Part shown: positions 31,303 to 41,986 of the stretch, piece after piece
Layout of the letters: each line of letters begins with the position of its first letter
How positions within the stretch are numbered: the first letter of the stretch is position 1
DNA from: Moraxella sp.
Lineage (GTDB): Bacteria > Pseudomonadota > Gammaproteobacteria > Pseudomonadales > Moraxellaceae
Direction of reading: 5' to 3'
Length of the DNA stretch: 64,000 nucleotides
Assembly: GCA_030525705.1 (NCBI GenBank)
Contig: JAUNEE010000001.1
Span: 13,705-77,704 of the forward strand
Position numbers and translations under genes: made by a program
The notes under the pieces: generated by a model
Database searches by the model: none
What the model was told of the DNA's origin: nothing
Seen by the model: only the letters and a program-made list of their open reading frames with translations

Positions 31303-34300
31303 ATGTTTACTTTTGCTCATGAGCAGTCCGCTCTGCGTGACGCCATCACCAACGCCTACCGCCTAGATGAGGTGCAGGCAGTCACCACCTTGGCACAAAG
31401 CCTGGAGATTGACAATCAAAGCCAAGCCAACATCGACACCTTAGCAAAAAATCTCATCACAAAAGTACGTGCCGACCGCAGTAAATCCTCGGGCGTGGAC
31501 GCACTTATGCAAGAGTTTTCTTTGTCAAGCGAAGAGGGCGTGGCATTGATGTGTCTGGCTGAATCTTTGCTACGCATTCCCGATACCGCCACTCGGGATA
31601 AACTTATCCAAGACAAGCTGGCTGGCGGCGACTGGAAAAGCCATGTCGGCAACAGCCCCTCCATGTTTGTAAATGCGGCAGCTTGGGGCTTGGTTTTGAC
31701 GGGCAAGCTCACTCAGCCGACCGAAGAGGGCATGGGCTCGGCACTGACCCGCATTCTACAAAAAGGCGGCGCACCCTTTATCCGTGCAGGCGTTAATCAC
31801 GCCATGAAAATTTTGGGCAAGCAGTTTGTAACAGGGCAGACCATCGAGGAAGCGCTTGCCAATGGCAAACAGCGTGAAACCATGGGGTATCGCTTCAGCT
31901 TTGATATGCTGGGCGAAGCGGCAATGACCGAAGAAGATGCCGACCGTTACTATAACGATTACGTCACCGCCATTCATGCCATCGGTAAAGATGCCGCTGG
32001 TGCAGGCGTCTATCATGGCAACGGCATTTCTGTCAAATTATCCGCCATTCACCCCCGTTATGTCCGTGCTCAGCACGAGCGTGTAATGACCGAGCTTTTA
32101 CCTCGCCTAAAAGCTCTCTTTATGCTTGCTAAAGAATACAATATCGGACTAAATATTGATGCCGAAGAAGCGAACCGCCTTGAACTGTCCTTGGACTTGA
32201 TGGAGGCTTTAGTTTCTGACCCTGACTTGGCAGGGTTTAACGGCATTGGCTTTGTGGTGCAAGCCTACCAAAAACGCTGCCCATTTGTCATTGACTATCT
32301 GATTGACCTTGCCAGAAGAAACAATCAACGCCTTATGATTCGCCTTGTCAAAGGGGCTTACTGGGACAGTGAGATTAAATGGGCGCAGGTGGACGGCATT
32401 GATGGCTATCCTGTCTATACCCGAAAGGTACATACCGACATTTCTTATCTGGCGTGTGCCAAAAAACTTATGTTCGCCCAAGACGCCATTTATCCGCAGT
32501 TTGCTACGCACAACGCCCAAAGCCTTGCTACCATTTATGAAATGGGCAAAGACAAAGAATTTGAGTTCCAGTGCTTACACGGCATGGGCGAGACTCTCTA
32601 CGACCAAGTGGTCGGCGAAAAAAATCTGGACAGACAAGTGCGGATTTATGCGCCTGTGGGTACGCATAAAACCTTGCTGGCGTACCTTGTTCGCCGTCTT
32701 TTAGAAAATGGGGCGAACTCATCGTTCGTTAACCGCATTGTTGATGAGGCGGTTAGTATTGATGAGCTCATCATTCCACCCGTACGTGAGCTTGAACACA
32801 CGCAAGGCACCCCCAACCCCCTAACCCCTAAAGCCCCTGAAATTTATAGCAACGGACGCAAAAACTCAAAAGGGTTAGACCTATCAAATGAACACCAGTT
32901 GCAACGCCTTGAAAATAATATGTCTCAGGCGTCTGCCATTCATTTTGAGGTTGCCGCCATTACACCCATCTCGGTAAATGCCGCCAGTCGCCATGACGTC
33001 TTAAACCCTGCTGACCACAGCGACGTTGTGGGCGAGGTTTATTTCACCGACCCCGCCAGCATTCCAAAAGTCATCGCTCATGCCATCACCGCCCAGTACA
33101 GCTGGCAAAAAACCACGCCCAGTGAGCGCGCTGCCATCTTACGCCGCTTTGCCGACATGATGGAAGATGAGCGTCATATGTCACTTTTAATGATGGTGGC
33201 GGTGCGTGAAGCAGGCAAAACCCTAAATAACGCCATCGCTGAGGTGCGTGAGGCGGTGGATTTTTGCCGTTATTATGCCGATGAAGCAGAACGCTTAAAT
33301 CTAAACAGTCCTCTGGGTACTGTCGTGGCAATCAGTCCTTGGAACTTCCCGCTCGCCATTTTTGTGGGTGAAGTGGTGTCCGCCCTTGCCGCAGGCAATA
33401 CAGTCGTTGCCAAACCTGCCGAGCAGACCTCCATCATCGCCCACCTTGCGGTATCTTGGCTGCATGAAGCAGGCGTGCCAAAAGACGCCTTACAGCTGGT
33501 GCTGGGTGCAGGGGATGTTGGTGCAGCCTTAACCCAAGATGAACGCATTGATGGGGTGATTTTCACTGGCTCAACCGATGTCGCCAAGCGTATCAATCAC
33601 ATTCTATCAAGCCGTGATGACAATCCCGTGCTTATTGCTGAGACAGGCGGTATGAACGCCATGATTGTTGACTCTACTGCTTTGGCTGAACAGGTCTGTA
33701 CCGATGTCATTAGCTCTGCCTTTGACTCAGCAGGTCAACGTTGCTCTGCTTTGCGGATTTTATGCCTACAAGAAGACGTTGCCCCGCACATGATTGAGAT
33801 GATTAAAGGTGCGATGAATGAGCTAAGCGTGAACAACCCTGCCGAACTCTCCACCGATGTCGGTCCTGTGATTGATGCAGAAGCAAAAGCGAATTTAGAT
33901 GAACACATTAACCACTTAAAGACCAAGGCTCGTTATCACGAAACGCCTGTGAAAAGCCGAGCCGCAAGCTCAACTTTCGTCACGCCGGTGTTATTTGAAT
34001 TAAACGACCTCTCTGAGCTAAAAAAAGAAGTCTTCGGACCTGTGCTACACGTGGTGAAATACCGTGCTGATGACCTTGATGAACTCATTGATAACATCAA
34101 TGCTAAAGGCTACGCCCTCACCCACGGCGTGCACAGCCGTATCGATGGGACGATTGAACACATCGCCAGTCGCATTGAAGCAGGTAACATCTACATTAAC
34201 CGCAACATCGTCGGAGCGGTGGTGGGTGTACAGCCGTTCGGTGGGCATGGGCTATCTGGCACAGGTCCTAAGGCGGGCGGGCCTTTTTACCTGCAACGCC

Positions 34301-34890
34301 TAAGCCGCCTAGACCGCTGGCACCTGCCTACGCTTAGCACCCCCGCCAAACCAAACACCGCAGCGATAAGCAAAGTAATGACCACCATCGCTGGTATGTC
34401 TTTGGAGGCAAGCCAAATTAGCCGTCTTGAAAACTTGGCAATGCACTTGGAAGCACGTAGTTTGAATCACGCCACCACCAAGCTGGACGGCCCGACAGGT
34501 GAAAATAACACCTTGTCTTGGCACGCACCTAAGTCAGTGTGGCTGTATGGTGGAACACCAGAAAGTGCCGCCGCCGCCCTACTTGAACTTGCCGCCAATG
34601 ACACCAAAGTCGTCATCACCGCTGACTCCCCTTTAGCGACATGGGCAAAAGAACTTGAGGGCTATGTCATCCTAGCAGAAGAAAAAACGGCTGAGAAAAA
34701 TACCTTAATTGTTGCCCTAGAAGCACTAAGCGTAGAACAAAAAGTCGCCATCAGCCAGCTAGACGGGGCGATTCGCCGTGTGATTGACGCAAAAGACGGG
34801 CTTGATATGACACGCCTATATCACGAAGTCAGCCAAAGCTATAACACCACAGCGGCAGGCGGTAACGCCAGCTTGATGGCAAGTGCTTAA
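31303..34890 (+). CDS. putA: bifunctional proline dehydrogenase / P5C dehydrogenase PutA (no N-terminal RHH domain)
   Basis: SFDMLGE, IRLVKGAYWD, FATHN, YLVRRLLENGAN, ISPWNFPLAIF, AETGG, SAGQRCSA. Confidence 0.97.
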   Translation: MFTFAHEQSALRDAITNAYRLDEVQAVTTLAQSLEIDNQSQANIDTLAKNLITKVRADRSKSSGVDALMQEFSLSSEEGVALMCLAESLLRIPDTATRDKLIQDKLAGGDWKSHVGNSPSMFVNAAAWGLVLTGKLTQPTEEGMGSALTRILQKGGAPFIRAGVNHAMKILGKQFVTGQTIEEALANGKQRETMGYRFSFDMLGEAAMTEEDADRYYNDYVTAIHAIGKDAAGAGVYHGNGISVKLSAIHPRYVRAQHERVMTELLPRLKALFMLAKEYNIGLNIDAEEANRLELSLDLMEALVSDPDLAGFNGIGFVVQAYQKRCPFVIDYLIDLARRNNQRLMIRLVKGAYWDSEIKWAQVDGIDGYPVYTRKVHTDISYLACAKKLMFAQDAIYPQFATHNAQSLATIYEMGKDKEFEFQCLHGMGETLYDQVVGEKNLDRQVRIYAPVGTHKTLLAYLVRRLLENGANSSFVNRIVDEAVSIDELIIPPVRELEHTQGTPNPLTPKAPEIYSNGRKNSKGLDLSNEHQLQRLENNMSQASAIHFEVAAITPISVNAASRHDVLNPADHSDVVGEVYFTDPASIPKVIAHAITAQYSWQKTTPSERAAILRRFADMMEDERHMSLLMMVAVREAGKTLNNAIAEVREAVDFCRYYADEAERLNLNSPLGTVVAISPWNFPLAIFVGEVVSALAAGNTVVAKPAEQTSIIAHLAVSWLHEAGVPKDALQLVLGAGDVGAALTQDERIDGVIFTGSTDVAKRINHILSSRDDNPVLIAETGGMNAMIVDSTALAEQVCTDVISSAFDSAGQRCSALRILCLQEDVAPHMIEMIKGAMNELSVNNPAELSTDVGPVIDAEAKANLDEHINHLKTKARYHETPVKSRAASSTFVTPVLFELNDLSELKKEVFGPVLHVVKYRADDLDELIDNINAKGYALTHGVHSRIDGTIEHIASRIEAGNIYINRNIVGAVVGVQPFGGHGLSGTGPKAGGPFYLQRLSRLDRWHLPTLSTPAKPNTAAISKVMTTIAGMSLEASQISRLENLAMHLEARSLNHATTKLDGPTGENNTLSWHAPKSVWLYGGTPESAAAALLELAANDTKVVITADSPLATWAKELEGYVILAEEKTAEKNTLIVALEALSVEQKVAISQLDGAIRRVIDAKDGLDMTRLYHEVSQSYNTTAAGGNASLMASA

Positions 34891-34900
34891 TCCCCCCTTA

Positions 34901-34939
34901 AAAAATCCCCATTTTTTAGATTTGAAAAATGGGGATTTT
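34901..34939. terminator. bidirectional terminator
   Basis: aaaatccccatttt...aaaaatggggatttt. Confidence 0.75.
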
Positions 34940-34964
34940 ATTTAAAAAAACACTCATTAAGCAC

Positions 34965-35695
34965 CTACCCATTCTCAAACATTTCTTGATGCAGTGCGGT
35001 TGTTCTTTTGATAATGACCCACAACGCCCACGCAGAAATCAAAGACAACACAGAAGTTATGCTAAACAACCACAAAAATTGGATTATTTCACCAAAATAT
35101 TCTATAAACATCGCCATATCTTGTTCACTAGCTTCGTATGCTTTATCGACTTTATCCATTTGATGCTTTAAAACACGATTGGCAATGGACGGCACAATAA
35201 AACAGCCCCACCACAACAAAATCAACGGATGAAAAGTAGGTTTATTCGCTTTTTCAAAACCGCCATTGACCATTTGTTGCATTGCGACAAAGGGCAAAAA
35301 CAGCCCAACAAGCGGAATAAAAAACGACCCAATCGCCATCGCAGGGGAATATTGAAACCCAGCACACCCAAAGCACGGGCATTATGCTGACTGTCATAAA
35401 TCCATTTGCCGACAAGCACCATACTGACAACAAATACAACCGCTAACAGAATACCAAAACCCGATACCACCGTTTCCATCATAGCTGTCTGCGTCTGCCA
35501 CAGCTCAAAGGCTTGCTCGTCCATTAACAGCGTTTCGCTCACTTGCCCATAAAAATAGATCATCACAAGCGATGTTATGATATCAACAACAAGCAATCCA
35601 CCCGCCAAGCCAATGATGATGGATAGCCATTTGGTATTAAGGGGCTTAAAAGGCTTTTTGGCATAGGGTTTGGTTTTGGGGTCGCTCATCATCAA
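34965..35695 (-). pseudogene. DUF4328-like membrane protein split by a 1-nt frameshift near 35355
   Basis: Adding one T to GGT TTC AAT joins ...WIYDSQHNARALGVLG to FQYSPAMAIGSFFIP...LLWWGCF. Confidence 0.7.
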
Positions 35696-35909
35696 TTTTC
35701 CTTAAAAAAATTTCTTTATTATACCCCATCTCCCACCCAAACTCCCACCCCTATTCTCCAAAAATCCCCACAATTTTTAGTGATTTTCGCACCCTTTTCT
35801 CCCAACTTTTGGTTACAAAAATCTACCACCGCCCCACCCCTTGCCCTTTTTGGCGTACAAAAAAGTCAAGGGGGATTTACAAAATTTTCCCCTTTTAAAT
35901 TTACAAAAA

Positions 35910-35957
35910 ATGGGCTATATTGTGCAACCAATAAACTACAAGTACTAGATATTGTGT
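35910..35957 (+). promoter_or_regulatory. tandem NrdR boxes
   Basis: gtactagatattgtgt (35942-35957) fits acaCwAtATaTwGtgt; a weaker copy atgggctatattgtgc lies 32 bp upstream. Confidence 0.65.
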
Positions 35958-36011
35958 TTAACTTTTAACCAATGTTGTTTATTTTCTTAAAAATCAATAG
36001 GAAAACACACG

Positions 36012-38285
36012 ATGACCCATATTGACCAAATCAAAGTCACCAAGCGAGACGGACGATTAGAGCCGATTGACCTAGAAAAAATCCACAAAGTCATCACATG
36101 GGCTGCCACAGGCTTAGAGAATGTTTCTGTGTCTCAAGTGGAGCTAAAATCGCACATTCAGTTTTATGATGGTATTAGAACCCGTGACATTCACGAAACC
36201 ATCATCAAATCCGCCGCCGACCTCATCTCGGCTGACACTCCAGATTATCAATATCTGGCGGCACGACTTGCCATTTTTCATCTGCGTAAAATCGCCTACG
36301 GGCAATTCGAGCCACCTGCCTTGTACGACCACGTTAAAAATCTAACCGAACAAGGCAAATACGACCGCCATATTCTAGAGGATTATAGCCCTGAAGAATT
36401 TGCACTATTAAACGACTACATCGACCACGACCGTGACATGAACCTTGCCTATGCCGCTGCTGAACAGATGATGGGCAAATACTTGGTGCAAGACCGTGTC
36501 AGCAAGCGTGTCTTTGAAAGCCCGCAGTTTTTATATATGCTGGTGGGTATGTGTCTCTTTGCTGGGTATGACAAGTCTGAACGCCTTGACTATGTCAAAC
36601 GCTTTTATGACGCCACCAGTAATTTTTACATTTCTTTGCCGACACCCATCATGTCAGGCGTGCGTACACCGACCCGTCAGTTTAGCTCCTGCGTTTTGAT
36701 TGAGTGCGATGACAGCCTTGACAGCATTAACGCCACCACGTCAGCAATCGTCCGTTATGTCTCCCAACGAGCAGGCATTGGCGTGAACGCAGGGCGAATT
36801 CGTGCATTGGGCAGCCCCATTCGAGGCGGCGAGGCTCAGCACACAGGCTGTATCCCATTTTTTAAAATGTTCCAAGCGGCAGTCAAATCCTGCTCACAAG
36901 GCGGCGTGCGAGGCGGTGCGGCAACTTTGTTCTATCCTTTATGGCACTTGGAAATCGAGAGCCTGCTTGTTCTAAAAAACAACCGTGGCGTTGAAGACAA
37001 CCGTGTGCGTCACATGGACTATGGCGTACAACTCAACAAGCTCATGTACCAACGTCTCATTAAAAATGAGGACATCACCCTATTTTCGCCCTCCGATGTA
37101 GACGGGCTGTACGAAGCATTTTTCGCCAACCAAGACGAGTTCGAGCGTCTATACGTACAATACGAAAATGACGAAAGCATCAGAAAACGCAGCCTGCCTG
37201 CCCGTGACTTGTTCAGCCTTATGCTAAATGAACGTGCCAGCACTGGCAGAATTTATATTCAAAATGTCGACCACTGCAACACGCATTCAGCGTTTTTGCC
37301 CGAGGTTGCACCGATTCGCCAGTCAAATCTGTGCATGGAAATCACCTTGCCAACCAAGCCTTTGGATAATATCAATGACGAAAATGGCGAAATCGCCCTA
37401 TGCACTCTATCTGCCATTAACTTGGGCAAAATCGAAACGCCTGCCGACATTAAAGAGCCTGCCGAGCTGATTGTACGGGCGCTGGACGCACTGCTTGATT
37501 ACCAAGACTACCCCATTCGTGCTGCCGAAATCGCAAGCAAGAACCGCAGAACGCTTGGCGTCGGTGTGATTAACTATGCTTATTATCTTGCCAAAAATGG
37601 CACACGTTACTCAGATGATAAAGCACTGGGCTTAACGCACCGCACTTTTGAGGCCTTGCAATATTATCTTTTGGAAGCCTCGAACAAGCTTGCCCAAGAA
37701 AAAGGTGCTGCCCCGCTGTTCAATGAAACCACCTACGCACAGGGACTCTTGCCCATTGACACCTACAAGGCGGATTTGGACGACATCTGTGTTGAGCCAC
37801 TACATCTTGACTGGGAAGCATTGCGTGAAAAAATCAAAACGCACGGACTTAGAAACTCGACCTTGACCGCCCTAATGCCATCTGAAACCTCAAGCCAAAT
37901 CGCCAATGCGACCAACGGCATCGAGCCGCCTCGTGGACTTGTCTCCGTCAAGGCGAGCAAAGACGGGATTTTAAAACAAGTTGTGCCTGAGATTGACCGC
38001 TTGCGTTTTGAGTATGAACTTTTATGGCAAATCCCAAACAACCAAGGCTATCTAAAGCTTGTGGGCATTATGCAAAAGTTCATTGACCAAAGTATCTCAG
38101 CGAATACCAACTACGACCCTGCGAAATTCGAGGGCAACAAAGTCCCAATGAAACTGCTCATTCAAGACCTACTCACTGCTTATAAGTATGGTGTAAAAAC
38201 GCTGTATTATCATAACACCCGTGACGGTGCGGACGATACACAAGCCGACATGGACGACTGCGTAGGCGGGGCGTGTAAGATTTGA
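36012..38285 (+). CDS. nrdA: class Ia ribonucleotide reductase alpha subunit
   Basis: ATP-cone VTKRDG, QFSSCVL, QSNLCMEI, PSETSS, KTLYY, C-terminal CVGGACKI. Confidence 0.98.
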   Translation: MTHIDQIKVTKRDGRLEPIDLEKIHKVITWAATGLENVSVSQVELKSHIQFYDGIRTRDIHETIIKSAADLISADTPDYQYLAARLAIFHLRKIAYGQFEPPALYDHVKNLTEQGKYDRHILEDYSPEEFALLNDYIDHDRDMNLAYAAAEQMMGKYLVQDRVSKRVFESPQFLYMLVGMCLFAGYDKSERLDYVKRFYDATSNFYISLPTPIMSGVRTPTRQFSSCVLIECDDSLDSINATTSAIVRYVSQRAGIGVNAGRIRALGSPIRGGEAQHTGCIPFFKMFQAAVKSCSQGGVRGGAATLFYPLWHLEIESLLVLKNNRGVEDNRVRHMDYGVQLNKLMYQRLIKNEDITLFSPSDVDGLYEAFFANQDEFERLYVQYENDESIRKRSLPARDLFSLMLNERASTGRIYIQNVDHCNTHSAFLPEVAPIRQSNLCMEITLPTKPLDNINDENGEIALCTLSAINLGKIETPADIKEPAELIVRALDALLDYQDYPIRAAEIASKNRRTLGVGVINYAYYLAKNGTRYSDDKALGLTHRTFEALQYYLLEASNKLAQEKGAAPLFNETTYAQGLLPIDTYKADLDDICVEPLHLDWEALREKIKTHGLRNSTLTALMPSETSSQIANATNGIEPPRGLVSVKASKDGILKQVVPEIDRLRFEYELLWQIPNNQGYLKLVGIMQKFIDQSISANTNYDPAKFEGNKVPMKLLIQDLLTAYKYGVKTLYYHNTRDGADDTQADMDDCVGGACKI

Positions 38286-38298
38286 TTGCCCATTCATA

Positions 38299-38348
38299 AA
38301 ATCAATGGGGTTAAAAATTATGATTTAAATTTTTAACCCTTGATTTTT
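38299..38348 (+). terminator. stem-loop / terminator after nrdA
   Basis: aaaatcaa-tggggttaaaaatt...aatttttaaccc-ttgatttt. Confidence 0.65.
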
Positions 38349-38542
38349 CAAAAGCTTGGTAAAATATTTCGTTCATTCTTTATTAAAATCCGTCATCAAG
38401 CAAATACGATACGCTCTTAAGCTGATGTTTAGAAACCATAGGAGCAAATCCACTTTACCCCTATGAAGTTTACGTTTAATTGATTGACGATTTTTTAGTT
38501 GATTGCTTATTTTTATCCAGCCCCTAAAAAGAGACATTAAAA

Positions 38543-39673
38543 ATGCACTATTCCATCTTCACCCAAACCAAAAACGATGTGCTAACCGAACCCATGTTTT
38601 TTGGGCAACCTGTCAATGTCGCACGTTACGACCAACAAAAACACCCAATCTTTGAACAGCTCATCGAAAAACAACTTTCGTTCTTTTGGCGACCTGAAGA
38701 GATTGATGTCAGCCGAGACCGCATTGATTTTGGCAATTTATCTGTACATGAGCAACACATTTTTCTATCAAATCTAAAATACCAAACACTTCTTGATAGC
38801 ATTCAAGGTCGTAGCCCTAACGTGGTGTTATTACCGCTTGTATCCATTCCAGAATTAGAAACTTGGATTGAAACTTGGTCATTTTCTGAGACCATTCACT
38901 CCAGAAGTTATACCCATATTATCCGCAATGTCGTGAATGACCCATCGGTGATTTTTGATGATATTATGGATAACGAGCATATTCTTGCCCGCGCTGAGGA
39001 CATCGCCAAATATTATGATGATTTGCATGAACTTGCCAGCATTTATAATATGTATGGCGAGGGCAAACACAGCATCAATGGCAAAGAAATTACTGTCGAC
39101 CTAAAAGAATTAAAAAAGAAGCTGTATTTGTGCTTGGTGGCGGTGAACGTATTAGAAGCGATTCGTTTTTATGTTTCTTTCGCCTGTTCATTTGCTTTTG
39201 CAGAACGAAAAATGATGGAAGGCAATGCCAAAATTATCCGTCTTATCGCCCGTGATGAGGCTCTGCATTTAAATGGCACACAGCATATGATTAACCTTAT
39301 GCGTATGGGGCGTGACGACCCAGAAATGGCAAAAATCGCCGCTGAATGTTATGATGAATGCCTTGAGATTTTTAGAATTGCCGCCGAGCAAGAAAAAGAC
39401 TGGGCAAGCTACCTATTTAAAGACGGCAGCATGATTGGCTTAAACCGTGATATTTTATGCCAATACATCGAATACATCACTAACATTCGCATGAGTGCCA
39501 TTGGACTTAACCCAATTTTCAGCCAAACCTCAAATCCAATCCCGTGGATTAACACTTGGCTTGTTTCGGACAACGTCCAAGTCGCCCCCCAAGAAAGCGA
39601 AATCAGTAACTACTTGGTCAGCCAAGTTGAAAATAGCATTAGTGACGATGACTTCACCGATTTCGACCTATAA
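38543..39673 (+). CDS. nrdB: class Ia ribonucleotide reductase beta subunit
   Basis: [50 protein letters not shown]. Confidence 0.98.
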   Translation: MHYSIFTQTKNDVLTEPMFFGQPVNVARYDQQKHPIFEQLIEKQLSFFWRPEEIDVSRDRIDFGNLSVHEQHIFLSNLKYQTLLDSIQGRSPNVVLLPLVSIPELETWIETWSFSETIHSRSYTHIIRNVVNDPSVIFDDIMDNEHILARAEDIAKYYDDLHELASIYNMYGEGKHSINGKEITVDLKELKKKLYLCLVAVNVLEAIRFYVSFACSFAFAERKMMEGNAKIIRLIARDEALHLNGTQHMINLMRMGRDDPEMAKIAAECYDECLEIFRIAAEQEKDWASYLFKDGSMIGLNRDILCQYIEYITNIRMSAIGLNPIFSQTSNPIPWINTWLVSDNVQVAPQESEISNYLVSQVENSISDDDFTDFDL

Positions 39674-39681
39674 GGCGGCAC

Positions 39682-39936
39682 ATGGGCTGGGTCATCACAA
39701 AAAACAAACGCTTTTACCTGCATGAGGGTGAAACGCTATTAAATGGGCTGCTACGCACCGAAGAACCCTCATCATTTGAATGCCGTCAGGGGTACTGCGG
39801 TGCGTGCAAAACCCGACTAAAAATCCACACGGGCAGCACCGCTCATACCTTGCCACCTTTGTGCCAGCTTGAGAATGACGAGGTTTTGGCGTGCTGCTGT
39901 GTCGTGACAGGCGTGGTGGAGATTTTAACCAAATAA
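39682..39936 (+). CDS. yfaE: 2Fe-2S ferredoxin YfaE-like
   Basis: CRQGYCGAC...LACC, directly after nrdB. Confidence 0.88.
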   Translation: MGWVITKNKRFYLHEGETLLNGLLRTEEPSSFECRQGYCGACKTRLKIHTGSTAHTLPPLCQLENDEVLACCCVVTGVVEILTK

Positions 39937-39964
39937 ACACAGCCAAATCACAGGCTGTGTTTAT
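39933..39964 (+). terminator. terminator of nrdB-yfaE
   Basis: ataaacacagcc-aaatcaca-ggctgtgtttat. Confidence 0.75.
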
Positions 39965-40042
39965 TATTTTTAGCAAATCATTTCCATTCTTATACCGCCC
40001 AGCAAAACACCCACCCACAATAAGTCTTAACCTTTCCAATAG

Positions 40043-40167
40043 ATTTCCTGCAAAACTAGGTTTTTTTCGTTCGCCCTTAAGCTATGCCTTTGGGTGGCGA
40101 AAAACTGTGGCGGTTTGACAAGCTCACTTTGAGCGACTTTCCTTATTTTGGCGTTTCGCAGGAAGTT
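40043..40167. repeat. dispersed MITE/REP-like element, copy B, with terminal inverted repeats
   Basis: ttcctgcaaaac (40045-40056) and gtttcgcaggaa (40153-40164) form an inverted repeat; the interior is similar to 10951-11035. Confidence 0.65.
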
Positions 40168-40171
40168 TAAT

Positions 40172-40213
40172 AAAAAACCGTGACCTTAAATAGTTTCAGC
40201 ATCACGGTTTTTT
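40172..40213. terminator. bidirectional terminator
   Basis: aaaaaaccgtga...tcacggtttttt. Confidence 0.65.
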
Positions 40214-40453
40214 ATTTTTAATCCTAAGCCAAAATGACGACTTTTAAGACATTCAATGTCAAGGCGGCATCGACTATATCCACATTTTATTTAATAGCTC
40301 ACACAGTTTTTGGCTAAGCGTATCTCGCCCCCAAAGCACTGCCACCCAAAAACCAAAACCCGAGCTAAAAACACTTTTTTGACGAAAAGATTTTTGAGCT
40401 TCTTATGATGAATGCAACATCTCCATTCTCCAAGCTTGACGCTTAATTGCTGC

Positions 40454-41758
40454 TTAATTATTCTGCTTTTCTGGGATAGGTAGCGACTGCGGTTGTGGCA
40501 ACTGAGTGCTTCTGCCACTAAAATCGGGACGCTGTGCCAAAGTCGCATCAAGGCTTAGCTTTTCGCCTGCACGCTCAAGCTCGATTTTTACTGTGCTGTT
40601 TGGGGCTTTTTTGGCAATGCCTTGCACCAGTGCATTCGCATCAACAATAGGCGTACCATCAATCGCCAAAATCACATCACCCGCCATAACGCCCGCTGTT
40701 GCAGCAGGTCCATCAGGCGTGACATTTGCCACTAAAACGCCTGTTTGGTTTTCTAGGCTGGCAGGATTATTAGGGCGTCTACCCACCTCGATGCCCAGCC
40801 AGCCACGGCTCACCGTACCTGTTGCAATCAAGTCTTGCATGACTTTTTCCACCAAAGCGGTCGGAATGGCAAAGCCGATACCCATCGAGCCACCAGAACG
40901 TGAATAAATCATGGTGTTAATGCCGATAAGCTCACCATAAGCGTCCACCAATGCCCCGCCTGAATTGCCAGGGTTAATGGCGGCGTCCGTTTGGATAAAG
41001 TCCTCAAAGGTAGACACCCCAAGCCCCGTTCTGCCCGTCGCAGAGACAATGCCTTGCGTCACTGTCTGCCCTACGCCAAAAGGATTGCCGATGGCAAGCG
41101 TGACATCGCCCACCTGCACAGGGGATTTTTTAAAGGCAAGCGGAGTTAAGTCGCTTAACGCCACCTTAATCACCGCCAAATCCGTTTCCACATCAGAGCC
41201 AATGACTTCTGCTGTCGCCTTTCTACCATCGGACAACGCCACAATAATTTCATCAGCCTTATCAATCACATGAGCGTTGGTAATGATATAGCCATCGGCC
41301 GATACCACCACCCCTGAACCCAAGTTTGTTTCGTCATCTGCTTGGGGCAAATCGAAGCCATGGTACTCTAAAAGTTGACGCAAAACAGGGTCGCCTGCAT
41401 ACGGATTTTCCACTTTTTGGGTGGTATAAATATTCACCACAGACACCGACGCTTTACTCACCGCATCATGATAAGAAACCACAGGCGTGCTACTCACCAC
41501 AGGGGCGACAGGCTCAGTAGGTGCAATCACCGCAGGCACAACCTGTTCTGGCGTAACAGGCTGACTCATACCTTGCGTGCGTTCATTCACAAACCACCAA
41601 AACACAAATGCCAAAGTCAAAAACAACAGCCACGGCAGGAGTGTCCACGCCGAAAAGCCTCGCTGTTTCTTAGATAATCCCTCTTTATGCGACAAGATGG
41701 CTGTGCTTTTTTCAAAAGACGCTTGGGCATCTAAGGGTGAATGATCTGGCTTGAGCAT
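40454..41758 (-). CDS. HtrA-family serine protease with one PDZ domain (DegS/AlgW-like)
   Basis: N-terminal TM helix, LGSGV, TNAHV, DLAVIK, IQTDAAINPGNSGG, single PDZ. Confidence 0.92.
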   Translation of the reverse strand: MLKPDHSPLDAQASFEKSTAILSHKEGLSKKQRGFSAWTLLPWLLFLTLAFVFWWFVNERTQGMSQPVTPEQVVPAVIAPTEPVAPVVSSTPVVSYHDAVSKASVSVVNIYTTQKVENPYAGDPVLRQLLEYHGFDLPQADDETNLGSGVVVSADGYIITNAHVIDKADEIIVALSDGRKATAEVIGSDVETDLAVIKVALSDLTPLAFKKSPVQVGDVTLAIGNPFGVGQTVTQGIVSATGRTGLGVSTFEDFIQTDAAINPGNSGGALVDAYGELIGINTMIYSRSGGSMGIGFAIPTALVEKVMQDLIATGTVSRGWLGIEVGRRPNNPASLENQTGVLVANVTPDGPAATAGVMAGDVILAIDGTPIVDANALVQGIAKKAPNSTVKIELERAGEKLSLDATLAQRPDFSGRSTQLPQPQSLPIPEKQNN

Positions 41759-41986
41759 GCGTTTTCCTTAATAAATGATACGAGCCTATCACAGACATGG
41801 CTAGCCGTGTGTTAAAAAAGCCACGCTTGACAAAGCACCTAAATGACAGGCATTATACCGAGTCTAGCCAAAGTCTCTATGAGAATTTTGTTGTTTTTAG
41901 CCGAATTTTGTTAAAAAATTGCAATCATTCTTTGACGATTTTTACTTAATTTTTTCAATTTTCCAAAACTTAGTACGGAATTTATC

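Noticed and set aside
40291-40551. 86-aa minus-strand ORF overlapping the end of the degS-like gene
   Set aside because: Overlaps a real gene in another frame; no RBS or recognisable motif.
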